Assembly: GCF_020745735.1 (NCBI RefSeq)
Contig: NC_083435.1
Coordinates: 3,325,905 to 3,389,904 of the forward strand
DNA length: 64,000 nucleotides
Direction: 5' to 3'
From: Hemiscyllium ocellatum
Taxonomy: Eukaryota
Shown here: positions 1 to 12,400 of the stretch, one piece after another
Position numbering within the stretch: position 1 is the stretch's first letter
How the letters are laid out: each line of letters opens with the position of its first letter
Notes under the pieces: generated by a model
What the model was told of the DNA's origin: nothing
The model's database searches: none
Seen by the model: the letters and a program-made list of their open reading frames with translations, nothing else
Made by a program: the position numbers and the translations under genes

Positions 1-65
1 TAAGGCACTCACTCCCAGCCTGCCCTGCACTGACCAGTGTAGAGCAGGAGAGGAACAGTGGGAAC

Positions 66-890
66 ATGTTGAACCAAAACTCTGACACTGGCACATTCCG
101 TTCAGCCAATCCCCTCAGAATCCTGAACAGAGGCCCGGAATATTTCCGGAAGCAGTTGTGGAGGGGGCCCCCGAGCCTGAGTGCAGTTGAGCGGCTGGAG
201 GCCGATAAAGTGAAATATGTGAAGAGCTCGCAACTAGTCGGAGCCAGGCAGGAGCCAGTGAGGCCAGGCAAACCAGTCTGCCATAGCCCCAGGAAACCTG
301 GGGGGAGCTGCAGGGCAGACAGAGCAGCCCTGATCAGAGGCTGCGATCTTCCAAGTCCAACTAGGAAAGGACCATACCCTTGCGGACAAGCTGTGAGTTC
401 TGGATTGGTACACCAGCAAGGCAGCAATGACCCCGAGCGAGGGAGCAACAGTCTGCATGCTAGCACCTCTGTGCCACTTTACAGAGGGGTGGTGAGGAGG
501 GTGGACGTCAGACCAAGTGTTTGCAGGCACCTCCGGAAGTGGCCAGCTTCCTCTCCATCCAAGTCGCAGCTTTCCCCGTACCGATCCAATTCTTCTCAGC
601 TGAGTGACCAAAGCTGCCGAACCCAGGATGAACTCGAGAGGTTCTTCAACCACTGTGGCCTGGAGCCAGAGGAGCTGCAGTCCCCAGAAATGGAGCAGTT
701 GGCACAGTCCAGCTCGGACATCCTGTCTCTCAAATTGCAGAGTGTCAGTGCTTGTAGCTCACAGCGCAGCAATACAGCAGGGGTGCAGTCGGGAAAGGCC
801 ATCTCAGAGGGAGTCTCCATCATTGAACGCAACGCCAGAATTATTAAATGGCTGTACAACTGCAGGGAAGCCAGGGGGCAGGCAGGTTAA
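66..890 (+). CDS. FAM110: FAM110-family protein, single coding exon, 274 aa; paralogue (A/B/C/D) not resolved
   Basis: N-terminal PLRILNRGPEYFRKQ and LSAVERLEADKVKYVKS motifs; C-terminal ELERFFNHCGLEPE and VSIIERNARIIKWLY motifs, which are hallmarks of FAM110. AATAAA at 1557-1562 is a possible poly(A) signal. Confidence 0.9.
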   Translation: MLNQNSDTGTFRSANPLRILNRGPEYFRKQLWRGPPSLSAVERLEADKVKYVKSSQLVGARQEPVRPGKPVCHSPRKPGGSCRADRAALIRGCDLPSPTRKGPYPCGQAVSSGLVHQQGSNDPERGSNSLHASTSVPLYRGVVRRVDVRPSVCRHLRKWPASSPSKSQLSPYRSNSSQLSDQSCRTQDELERFFNHCGLEPEELQSPEMEQLAQSSSDILSLKLQSVSACSSQRSNTAGVQSGKAISEGVSIIERNARIIKWLYNCREARGQAG

Positions 891-3351
891 GTTGCCTGTG
901 AGAGGAGCAGGAGGAGCTGCTGCTGCTGGTGGTGTTTGGGGCTTGCCTCCCTCTTCCATGCTCCACCTTGCTTTCCCACTCCATACCCTAGCCTCCCCTG
1001 ATTTCTCACATGACTCATTACCTTATCCAAGGCACCATCTGTGAACTGTAGAATTTACTGAATCTTCATAGACCATTTCCTTTGAAGGGTACAGAATCAT
1101 TGCAATCAAAATGAATTGAGCCTTAGCTGTTTGCATTAGATTTGTGAATTACTGATCATTGATGATAAATAATTGGGTCAGATCAAGAGCCGAAGATCAG
1201 AAATCAACGGAGTTGATAAGTACAGATAGGTAGAGAGAGAGATAGCCAAGTATGGACATTGGTAAAGAAGACCGAACAGGTTTGTGCTGCCAACAATGGA
1301 AGGAGAAATTGAAGCTAAAAACGGAATCAGATGAGGAGATAACATTCATAAATAGATGAACAGAGACCTGAAGAAAGAAAAAGCAAGACAACGGCCGCAC
1401 TAGAGACAACAAATCAAGGTTCCCTGACATTGTTGATAAGTCGGAGCATAAACTGTTCATAAAAAATGTCTGGTTAGTTTGCTGCTTCACAATGTATTTT
1501 TATTAAGTAGAATTTCCTAGGATTTAAATTCCACAAACCGTTCAGCTAATTGTGAAAATAAATCTTTGTTCTTGATTATTACTTATAGACATGACCTTCA
1601 TTATTCAATCTTAACACTTCACAAAAACACATGATAGTCAACAAAATTGCAAGATACAATATATAGTGCCTTGCAATACACACTGGAACTGAATTGTGAC
1701 ACACATAATGAGTGACCTGTCTCCTAAGACCAGCATGTTGCCCCTTTTTGTTCAAACCAGGAATGAGAAATATAAGCAATCCATGTGACCCAAACCCCAC
1801 CTGCTTTTAGGGCTTAGAATGGTGTCCAGGTTTGAACACCATACCTTTAGAAAGGCACCATACCCAGAGAGTGAGCGAGCAGAGGAGACAGATTTATCAC
1901 AATTACACAAGGATGGAGTGTCGCTCGTCATATGGAGAGACTGGAAATGTTGGGGTAAGCAAGGACCAGCCTTTCAAATAATCCGATTCCCCTTTGTAAG
2001 TTGGAAACTTGATAGAAAGGAAGAATTTTCAGGAAATGGGGAAAAGGCAGGGATGTGAGCACAGGGGGTTGGCTCTTTCAACAACGGGCAAATGACCTGC
2101 TGTGTATAATTCAATAAGTTTATCCCTATATATAAGAAACATTCAGAGGTGCTGGGAAGATTGAAATAATGGATTATAAAGCACATGTTAAATTATGATC
2201 TGACTCAACATGGCAGGAGAGATGGACTAAATCTGCTTTGAATTAAATTTTCACTATTCAAACTTGGAGCCAGTCACACTGTCATGGGAGAGGTGAGCTT
2301 AATGTTTAGGATGTTAAACACCTCGTCCTTTGCAGAGTTGGAAGCTGGAATTTCTCTTGCCTTTCATCGGTCTCATCTTGCATTCTGCAAGTAACAGGTC
2401 AGATGGTGAGATGAGGAGCACAAATCTACACCTGATCATTGTTGCAAAAGTGCACCCAAAGAGACCAGTACTTTATAAACAAATATTCAATTTCTGGGAC
2501 GTGAGTATCACATACTGGCCAGCATTTATTGCGTGTTACTGGACGCCTTTGAGAAGGTGGTGGTGAGCTGCCTTTTTGTACTGATGCAGTCCGCCTGCTG
2601 TGGGAGGGAACTTTAAATTAACGTGCTAGCCTCAGTGAGAGACACTCCCACTGATTGCTAGCAAACTTACTGGAGAGCAGATGACTCACTTCACTTGGCT
2701 ACTAACCTCCAGTACACCCTCACTCAATCTATTCCTCACCTCACTGAACTGGGTAAATGGAGGGACTGTACATGGAGAAAGCACAGATCCCAAACGACAT
2801 GTGCAAGACTTCACCTGACGAAGGAACAGTGGTCTGAAAGCTTGTGATTTCAAATAAACCTGTTTGGACTATAACCTGGTGTTGTATGACTTCTGAATAC
2901 GTACAAGAGCAAAGTACCATGGAAGCTAGAGATCTGAAACGGGAAAATGCCACATCTCCTTGGCACACCAGGGAGCACCATGAGAAGGGAGAACAGTTAA
3001 TGTTTAGAGACATTACGATGAGTTTGTACAAACTCTGAGCAATGTGTCCGAGCTGCATTGAGACTGACAAGGTGGATCAGGACTGTCCATAGCTGATCGC
3101 GGTGAACTAAACAAATAGCACTTACTCAAGGAATAAAGCTTCGTCTGTATAGCTCTGCTAATTACTGAACAAATCCTTACCCATGGGGAGGTGGGGTGGG
3201 ATACAAGGGCAGCGATCTCTATTTTCTCACAGAGCAACAAAATGGCAAAACCAAACACAAAACAAGTCTAAAGCAACATCTCAGTAAGACTGTAATGAAA
3301 TTATTAATAACTGAAACGTGCAGATAGCCTTCTGCTTAGTTCCCTTTTCAG

Positions 3352-3471
3352 CTAATTGAGGTAAGCAATGTGCAGATTCCCTCCTCCACCACCGAATGCA
3401 ATATGTTGGCCATCGTGAATAGTGGTAATGACATGAACAGGATGTTTTGGCAGATTAATCTCCCCCAGCAT
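3352..3471 (-). CDS. WD40 gene last coding exon (MLGEINLPKHPVHVITTIHDGQHIAFGGGGGNLHIAYLN*); not in the ORF track
   Basis: Strong polypyrimidine acceptor ttttttctctctctctttccatccag, phase 0, completes a WD-like blade, TAG stop. Confidence 0.8.
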   Translation of the reverse strand: MLGEINLPKHPVHVITTIHDGQHIAFGGGGGNLHIAYLN

Positions 3472-6400
3472 CTGGATGGAAAGAGAGAGAGAAAAAATCT
3501 ATGGTTAGTTCCAACAGCAGATACAGAAGATGCTCCAATCTATCAAAGAAAAAAAACATTTCTGGTCATTAACACATTGCTGTTTGCATGTAGACTCGCT
3601 GTGTGCAGACCGGTTGCTGTAATTCCTACATTGTGGCAGTGACTACACTTCAAAAGGTGCTTCTTTGGCCACAAAACATCCGATGGTCATGGAAGGCGCT
3701 ACATAAGTGCAGGTCTTTATCTAATCTCTAGCAGACATTATATGTCTTTGTTGGTTTCCCCTGATGAACATAACACCCTGGGACCGACCACAGCGGGCAA
3801 CTTGACTCCTCACACGAAAGCACAAGACAGTCGCAGGAGTGGACCATTGAGCCTGCCATCCCATTCACAATGCTCACCTTGGGGCTGAAAGATTCCCTGA
3901 TGGAGTATAATCCGGAAAAACGCCAAGTATTTTGGTAGAACGGGACTTATAGAATTAAAAGTTGGGCCTTGGGTGATGTTGTACAACAGAGAGACCCTGG
4001 CCAGGTACTTAATTCTTTAAAGTTTGCATCAAGACAGGACGGTTAAGTCAGTGTTTGGCACACACACACACCCCTTCAGTGCTCAGCCCTTTGAGTGTAG
4101 GGGTTGGGATGTCATGCTGAGATTGTACAGGATGTTGGTCAGGCCTCCTCTAGAATACTGTGTCCAGTTCTGGTCATCCTGCTCACGGAAGGAGGATACT
4201 CAGCTGGAGAGGGTTCAGGAGAGATTTAACAGGATGTTGCTGGGATTGGAGGGTTAGAGTTATAAGGAAAGGCTGGATGGACTGGGACTTTTTCCAAGGA
4301 GTGTAGGAGGTTGAGGGGCGACCTTACAGAAGTTTATAAAACCACAAAGTATATAAAACACGAAGTATATAGATGAGGTGATTGGCAGGGGGAGGGAGGG
4401 GATTGCAAGGTGAGGGGGCATTTTTTTTTTAAGTTGAGAGGAGAAAGATTGAAAACTGAGTTTTGTGTGTGTAATGACCTTCCTGAGGAAGTGGTGGACG
4501 TGGGTACAGTTCCAATGTTTAAAAACATTTGGGTAAGGACATGAATAGGAAAGATGTGGAGGGATATGGGCCAGGAGCAGGCAGCTGGGACTAGTTTAGT
4601 TCGGGGATTACAGTCAGTATGGGCTGGTCAGACAGACCAAAGGGTCTGGGTCTGTGCTGTACGAATCCCCAAACCCCAACATTGCGATTCCACATTGGGC
4701 TGTGCTGACTTCATTTGGGATCACATTGTGCCGTACATCTGGTGCCTCTCTCCCAGGATAATTCAGGCGGGAACACGGAGAAAATCCCAACTCTTCCTCC
4801 TCCCAGCCAGAGGAGGATCATGGACGAGTTCCCTGTGGACAGTGTCTCACTGCCTTGCTGTTCATTAACACCCTTTACCACTGCTGCATCGATAGACCTG
4901 CTCTTGGTTTAGGTAGAAGCAGTGACTGTAGCAGAGGGCCACAGGATCCTCCCTTGCACTTTGCAGCAGTATTTTAAGAACCACAGGGATGAGATCATAG
5001 AATCCCTACAGTGCGAAAGTAGGCCATTCAGCCCATCAGGTTCACTCTAACTGTCTAAAGAACATTCCACCCAGACCCAGACCCACTACCCTTTCCCTTT
5101 AGCCCCTCATTTCCTGTGGCTAATCCGTCTAACCTGCACATCCCTGGACACTATGGGGCAATTTCCCATGGCCAATCCACCCTAACCTGGACGTCCCTGG
5201 GCACTATGGGACAATTTCCCATGGCCAATCCACCCTAACCTGCACATCCCTGGACTGTGGGAGGTAACTAGAGCACCTGGAGGAAACCCAGCAGACATGA
5301 GGAGAACGTGCAAACTCCATTCAGACGAGGGTGGAATCAATCCCGGGTCCCTGGCGCTGAGGCAACATGCCACCCCATCACACAAACCAAGATAATTATG
5401 CAAATGCAGACATCTCCAGCAGTTAAAACTGAACGTTTCCACAATGGCTACGTCCCCACAGGCAACTACATCAGCACATTAATTATGCCTTGGATTTCGT
5501 GTGGCTTTCAGTTCCCCTCCTGCGCTCCGCTGACCACCTTGGCAATGTGTGTGGGCAGCCACATGCTTGGATCTGACCCCTCTGTTCACGCGGGAGGCTA
5601 CAGTGATCAAGCTCAGTGTCAATGCATCGGAACGTGGGAACAGAAGGAGGCCATTCAGCCCCTCAAAGCTTTTCCATCATCCAAGGCTGATCAAGGCCCT
5701 AACTCCATCTACCTGCCTTTGGCCCATATCCTTCATCCCTTTGTTTAACAAAAACACATCCATTAACGATGGATCCAGCGTCCACTGCTGTCTGTGGGAA
5801 GGAGTCTGAAACCTCTCCCACCCTGATTGGGAGTGGGAGAGCTTCCCGACATCTCTCCCTGAACGCTCTGCGCCCACATTCGCAAGGCTCTGCCCCCAAG
5901 CTCTGGAATCCCCAAAGAGTTGCTCTTCATATAACCCTGCCTTTTCCTCTGTACATTTTGAATTCATTGCGACAGTGTTGGAACATTGGGACCTTACGGT
6001 GAAGGCAATGAGTTTGGGTTGCTCCTGGACCCCAGTTTGTGTCAATGCCATTGTGTATTTCTGCAGTTTGACCAATATGGAGTGCGGGTCAAGAAGGAGC
6101 GTCCCCTGTGACCTCGCAGCCGAGTGTCCCACCGGGAAAGCCTTCCCTTCCCAATCTGAAACTCTGTGACCACCCCCTCTCACCGTATCGGTTTTAAAGT
6201 TGATGGCTTGTACGCTGTTGGTGCCACTACCTCCAGCCACAATGACATCGCTGCTACAATACCGAGCTGCGTAGATGAACTCGCCATGATCCTTATCCGG
6301 GCGGAATGGAATGTTCTTTTCCGGTGTCGATTTCCGAAAGTCCCAGATCTGCAGCGCGTTCTTGGCCACCCACGACCCAGTCAGAATTTTACTGCTCTGT

Positions 6401-9400
6401 GTGTCAGGGGGAGGAAAGACAAAGAGACCCACAGCTGAGAGTACTGGGAACTAACATTGACCTCTGAGAGCCTACACCCCCCCTTCCTGCTCCCAGGGCT
6501 CTGTGATCATGAACACGGGAACATGCCCAGTAATCTGACCGAGAGTGCGGTACAAGCAGAGGAACGGCATCTACCCAGAGCTTACAAACATCAATCTGTG
6601 TCCAATCCTTAACATCCGATTGCCAGGGGGAGCATCCTGAGGGAGCGTCCCAGCGAGCGAGGGCGCGTCCCAGGGGAGTGAGGGCCCGGCCTAGGTCCAC
6701 CTGCTCTTTCTCCCACCCCCCCAATCCCCCTTGGTGTGGGAGGTAGCCCCTACCTTGATGTCGATCGCGGGGCCACAGATGTGAGGGCCGGCGATTACTT
6801 TCCGAGCTTCGTTGGACATCCGCTTGTCCCAGATCTGGGTGGGGGTGGGAGGGGTGAGGGAGTGGGAGATGGTGAGGGGGGGAAGAAAAAGGGGAAGATC
6901 AATTGGTTCCATGAGTGACCCTGGGTCAAATCTGCCAGGGAGATTCTCAACAGGCATGACTCCCCCTGGCCTCAACCAGCCCCCTCCATCTCTCCCTTGC
7001 CTCCCACAGTCTCTCGAACCAGGACCCCTGCCACTTGAACACCCCACATCATTCCCTGGCCAACATCGCTGTCCCAGGCTTGTTGCAGTGTCCCACTGAA
7101 ACTCAGTGCAAGCTGGAAATACAGCTCCTTATTCTCCACTTGGGAACTCAATAGCCTTCCGGACTCAATATCGGGTTCAATAACTTTAGGGCTCTTCGAC
7201 TTCCCCATGTCTTTACCCCAACCTCCACGCACCAGGACTTGTTACCACAGTCTGCTGTTACAGACAACCCCACCGTTAACCACAAAGAGCTATCCACCCT
7301 CCCCAGCCTGATGACTACCCACTCCGTTGCTATCCAACTGTCCTTCTCTCTACCTCCACCTATTGTTTACTTGTTACCCCCTCCCCCCCACCCGATCAGG
7401 AACCAACATTTCCCTCGCTACCATCAGTTCTGAGGCAGGGTCACTCAACCCGAAACGTTAACTCAGATTTCTCTCCACAGATGCTGCCAGACCTGCCGAG
7501 CTGCTCCAGCAACTTCTGTCTTTGCAGTCCCTCTGACCCCTGGCCTGGAGGTAGGAGGGAGGGGACAGACCACACCTTGAGAGGGTGGAGGTCAAACGGT
7601 GATGGGAGGGTCAACTCAGGGAAAGAAACTCAATCTTCGGTGAGAGACAGAGCGAGAGCGAGAAAANNNNNNNNNNNNNNNNNNNNNNNNNNNNNNNNNN
7701 NNNNNNNNNNNNNNNNNNNNNNNNNNNNNNNNNNNNNNNNNNNNNNNNNNNNNNNNNNNNNNNNNNNNNNNNNNNNNNNNNNNNNNNNNNNNNNNNNNNN
7801 NNNNNNNNNNNNNNNNNNNNNNNNNNNNNNNNNNNNNNNNNNNNNNNNNNNNNNNNNNNNNNNNNNNNNNNNNNNNNNNNNNNNNNNNNNNNNNNNNNNN
7901 NNNNNNNNNNNNNNNNNNNNNNNNNNNNNNNNNNNNNNNNNNNNNNNNNNNNNNNNNNNNNNNNAAAGAGAGATACAGAAAGAGAGAAAAAGAAGGAGAA
8001 GAGAAGGGAACACATCCAGTACTGAGGGATAGGACTGACATTGTGGACCTGCTTCAGTCCCCCTCTGCCCCTTTCTCTCCCCCAGACTGTTTGGAATTGG
8101 TCAACTGGATAAGACTGAAAATTCACAAAGTGCTTCACATGTGAGACGGAGAGCTGCAGGAAGTGTGGACAGAGAGGAGGAGGAAGACTCAGGGTGCCCC
8201 TCCCTGCACTTCCTCAGAGTCCCATCCCACTTACACCCCCCCACCAACTCTGCCTGACCCACCTTGATGGAGTCATCCCAGCCCCCCGATACGAAAATGT
8301 GGCGTTCCTCAGGATGGAACCGGACTGCAAAGATTCGCCGGGTGTGCCCATCGATCGGTTTCAGCTCCTTCCCGCTCGTCACAAAGTCTGCAGGCTCCAA
8401 GACGTTGATCACCTGGTTTGTTGGGGGAGGGGAAAAAAAAAGAGTGCGGACGGACAAATTCAGCACTGGGACTGGAGCTCAGTAACAACAGGAGAAGGAG
8501 TGGAGCCACTGTTCACCTAGCCTTGGTGATCTGAGCTGCTAACACATCAGGTGAGTGAGCACCCTGTCCGCTCACACTTCCAAGGTTCAAGTCCCACTAT
8601 CAGCCTCCTGCGGGTATTGCAGGTTGACAATGGCCGTGCAGTGCTGAGGCAACAGATGTGCCACCACAGTGCAAGCGAGACAGTAAAGAAAGACCCTCCC
8701 TTGCCTGCTCAGTGTCTGGGAAAACGTCAAAGATTGCGTGGAGCAGCTGGAAGGAGAGCACCACATTCTCCTGACCTCCCTATGCCGTGTTTCTCTCACG
8801 GTTATAACAGGACCACTTTGTCCTTCACCACAGCTCCATCCAGCAGTCGGTCAGATTTCATAAATGTGGCTCTTGGGGGCAAGGTGAAGCCGACAGTCAG
8901 ATGACAACCACATCGCTCAGTAGACCAAGTGGAGCAGGACTTACCTGATTGGTCCTGGTGTCGTATATCTTGATGCTTCTGTTACTGCCAGCTGTGGCAT
9001 ACGTGCCCCCATCTGCTGAAATGTCCACAGTGTACAGGTGGGTGTTTTCCTCTGGAGGTGGAAATCACAGCAGCAGCATGGTCAATGCAGACCCCAGAGT
9101 TTCTCGTGGAGTGCGCTGTTGCTTATCGAGCGAGTGATAAGCATGTGGGCTCACTCTGGAGAAATAACATGCCTTGCAGTTTACCATTCCTACAGGGTTC
9201 GGAGCTAACACCAGTTTAGCTCGAAACACCCTGTCAATCAGAGACATGGTTGCAAGGTGACCAAATTTGGGAAATGAATATCAAAGGGTATGGAGAACTC
9301 CTAAAAGACTGGAGAAATGGAGATGGATGAGGGGTTGTCCAAACAAGGATCAAATTGTCCCCTCCAATGGGAGTAAATGGGGGTATATTACACAATCTAC

Positions 9401-12400
9401 TCCTGCTTCCCCCGTAACAGGAAATAGTGATCATAAAACAATTATATCCTCATTAACTTAAAAAAAAGCTTACAATCATAATCCAGGACCATAGGTTAAA
9501 ACAAAGCCAATTACAGAGGTACGGGGATTGGCTGAGAGTTGAACGTTTTGAAAAGACAGCAAATGAAGTGGGAAATGGTTAAAGAAATGTTCAAACTCTT
9601 CAACAAAAATACATGTTATTGAAAAAGCAATAACAAAGCAAAATAGATAAATCTGTGGCCTGCTGAGAAGTTCAACGCTAGTGTTTGGATTAAAGGAAAT
9701 GGTTTCACCTTTTACAAAGAATAGCAATGGTTAGGAGTGTTTCCGAACTGCAAAGGGCTGTGAAGAAAGTTGATTAAGAAAACCAGAGTAAACTAACTCG
9801 GAATACAAGAACAGCGTTTTCAAAATTAAATAAAAAGGAAGGGAGTAGCTAAAGTAAACGTTGATCTCTTAGAAAGAGAAATATGAAAAATCATCTTGGG
9901 GAATGGACAATCATAACGGAACAAGCCTTTTGTGTCAGCTTTCATACTAAAACACAAGTTTTAGACCAAAAACAGAGGATAAGTTTGGATCCAATACATG
10001 TAAGGGAATTAAAGATAATTAATAACAGAAAAATGAAGCAAATTAAGGCCTGGGTTTGATTCCACCCTTGGGTGACTGTGTGGGGTTTGCACATTCTCCC
10101 CGTGTCTGCGTGGGTTTCCTCCGGTGCCCCAGCTTCCTCCCACAGTCCAAAGATGTGCAGGTCAGGGTGGATTGGCCATGGAAAATTGTCCCACAGTGCC
10201 CAGGGATGTGCAGGTTAGGGTGGATTGGCCACGGGAAATTGTCCCATAGTGCCCAGGGATGTGCAGATTAGGGTGGATTTGCCATGGGAAATTGTCCCAT
10301 AGTGCCCAGGGATGTGTAGGTTAGGGTGGATTGGCCATGGGAAATTGTCCCATAGTGTCCAGGGGTGTGCAGGTTAGGGTGGATTGGCCATGGGAAATTG
10401 TCCCATAGTGCCCAGGGATGTACAGGTTAGGGTGGATTGGCCATGGGAAATTGTCCCACAGTGCCCAGGGATGTGCAGGTTAGGGTGGATTGGCCACGGG
10501 AAATTGTCCCATAGTGCCCAGGGATGTGCAGATTAGGGTGGATTTGCCATGGGAAATTGTCCCATAGTGCCCAGGGATGTGTAGGTTAGGGTGGATTGGC
10601 CATGGGAAATTGTCCCATAGTGCCCAGGGATGTACAGGTTAGGGTGGATTGGCCATGGGAAATTGTCCCATAGTGTCCAGGGATGTGCAGGTTAGGGTGG
10701 ATTGGCCATGGGAAATTGTCCCATAGTGCCCAGGGATGTGCAGGTTAGGGTGGATTGGCCATGGGAAATTGTCCCATAGTGCCCAGGGATGTGCAGGTTA
10801 GGGTGGATTGGCCATGGGAAATTGTCCCATAGTGCCCAGGGTTGTGTAGGTTAGGGTGGATTGGCCGTGGGGAATGCAGGGTTACAGAGACTGGGAGGGG
10901 GGAGGGAAGGTGAGCTGGGTGGGATGCTCTTCAGAGGGTCGGTGTGGACTTGTTGGGCTGAATGGCCTGCTTCCACACTGTAGGCGATCCTCTGGGATCT
11001 CGAGGGACTAAAATCAGACAAATCCCCAGGATTTGGTGGTCTATGCCCCAAGGTTCTAGGAGATATCTGCAAAGATGGTGGGGTTGCTGACTATGACTTT
11101 TCCAAATTTCCCTCAATTTTGGCAGGATCGGCAGATTGGACATTAAACCCGTAACACTGCAATTCATAGAAAGGTAGCGGTGGTAGCCACGTTACAGCGA
11201 GGATGTAGCAGCTTTGGAGAGGGGGCAGAAGGGCTTATCCCAGAAACGTCGATTCTCCTGCTGCACTTCCTGTGCTTTTCCAGCACCACACAAGGGCACA
11301 GAAGAGGTTTTCCAGGATGCTGCCTGGATTGGAGGGTGTGAGCGATAAGGAGAGGCTAGGAAAAACTCAGGTCGTTTCCCTCTGGATGACGGAGGCTGTG
11401 GGAAGACTTGACAGAAGTCTATAGAAACATGGGATGCAGAGATAGGGTTGAATCTTTTTCCCAAGAGTTGAAATGTTTAAAACTAGGGAACATGCATTTA
11501 AGGGGAGAGAGGGAAACTTCAAAGGAGATGTGAGGGGCAAGTTTTTTTTTTAAAAACACAGAGTGGTAGGCGTGTGGAACACACTGCCAGGGGTGGGGTG
11601 GAGGCAGATACAATAGGGGGGAGGTTTAAGGGAATTTTAGATAAAAACATGAATATGTAAGGTACAGAGGGATATGGACCAAGGGCAGGCAGAAAGGATT
11701 AGTTTAATTTGGCTTCATGATGGGCCGAAGGGCCTATGCTCTACTGTTCTATGTTCCAAAATCATGGTTAGTTGAAGTTTGCAAGTTATTAATTCAAAAT
11801 CAGTTTTTGCCACTTGTTCTCATGTTAATTATTTTTTAAAAATGATTATTTGGGTAATATATTTGTGTGGGTAGAGAGCTAGTTAATGGAGAAGGGGCAA
11901 AGGGCCATGGATAAATAGGGCATTTACAAGGTGAGAAGCTGTGACTGTGACAAGGACAGGACCCCGAGGTTGTACAGGATATGGGTCAGACCTTGTCTGG
12001 AACACTGTGCCCAGTCCTGCTCATCCTGTTACTGGAAGGAGATCATTCAGCTGGAGAGGGGCAGAAAAGATTTACCAGGATGCTGCCGGCTGTGGGAGGG
12101 TTTGGGTTATAAGGAGGAGTGGGATAGGCTGGGACTTCCTTCACTGCAGCGTACGGAGGTGGAGGGGTGACCTTATAGATTCCTTACAGAGTGGAAACAG
12201 GCCCTTCGGCCCAACAAAGTCCACACCGACCCGCTGAAGAGTAACCCACCCAGACCCATTCACCCCCTGACTAATGTACCTAACACCATGGGACAAGTTC
12301 CCATGGCCAATCCACCCTAACCCGCACATCTTTGGATTGTGGGAGGAAACCGGAGCACCCGGAGGAAAACCACGCAGACACGGGGAGAACGTGCAAACTC

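Noticed and set aside
7481-8138. ORFs spanning N runs (also 43105-44311)
   Set aside because: Artefacts of assembly gaps.
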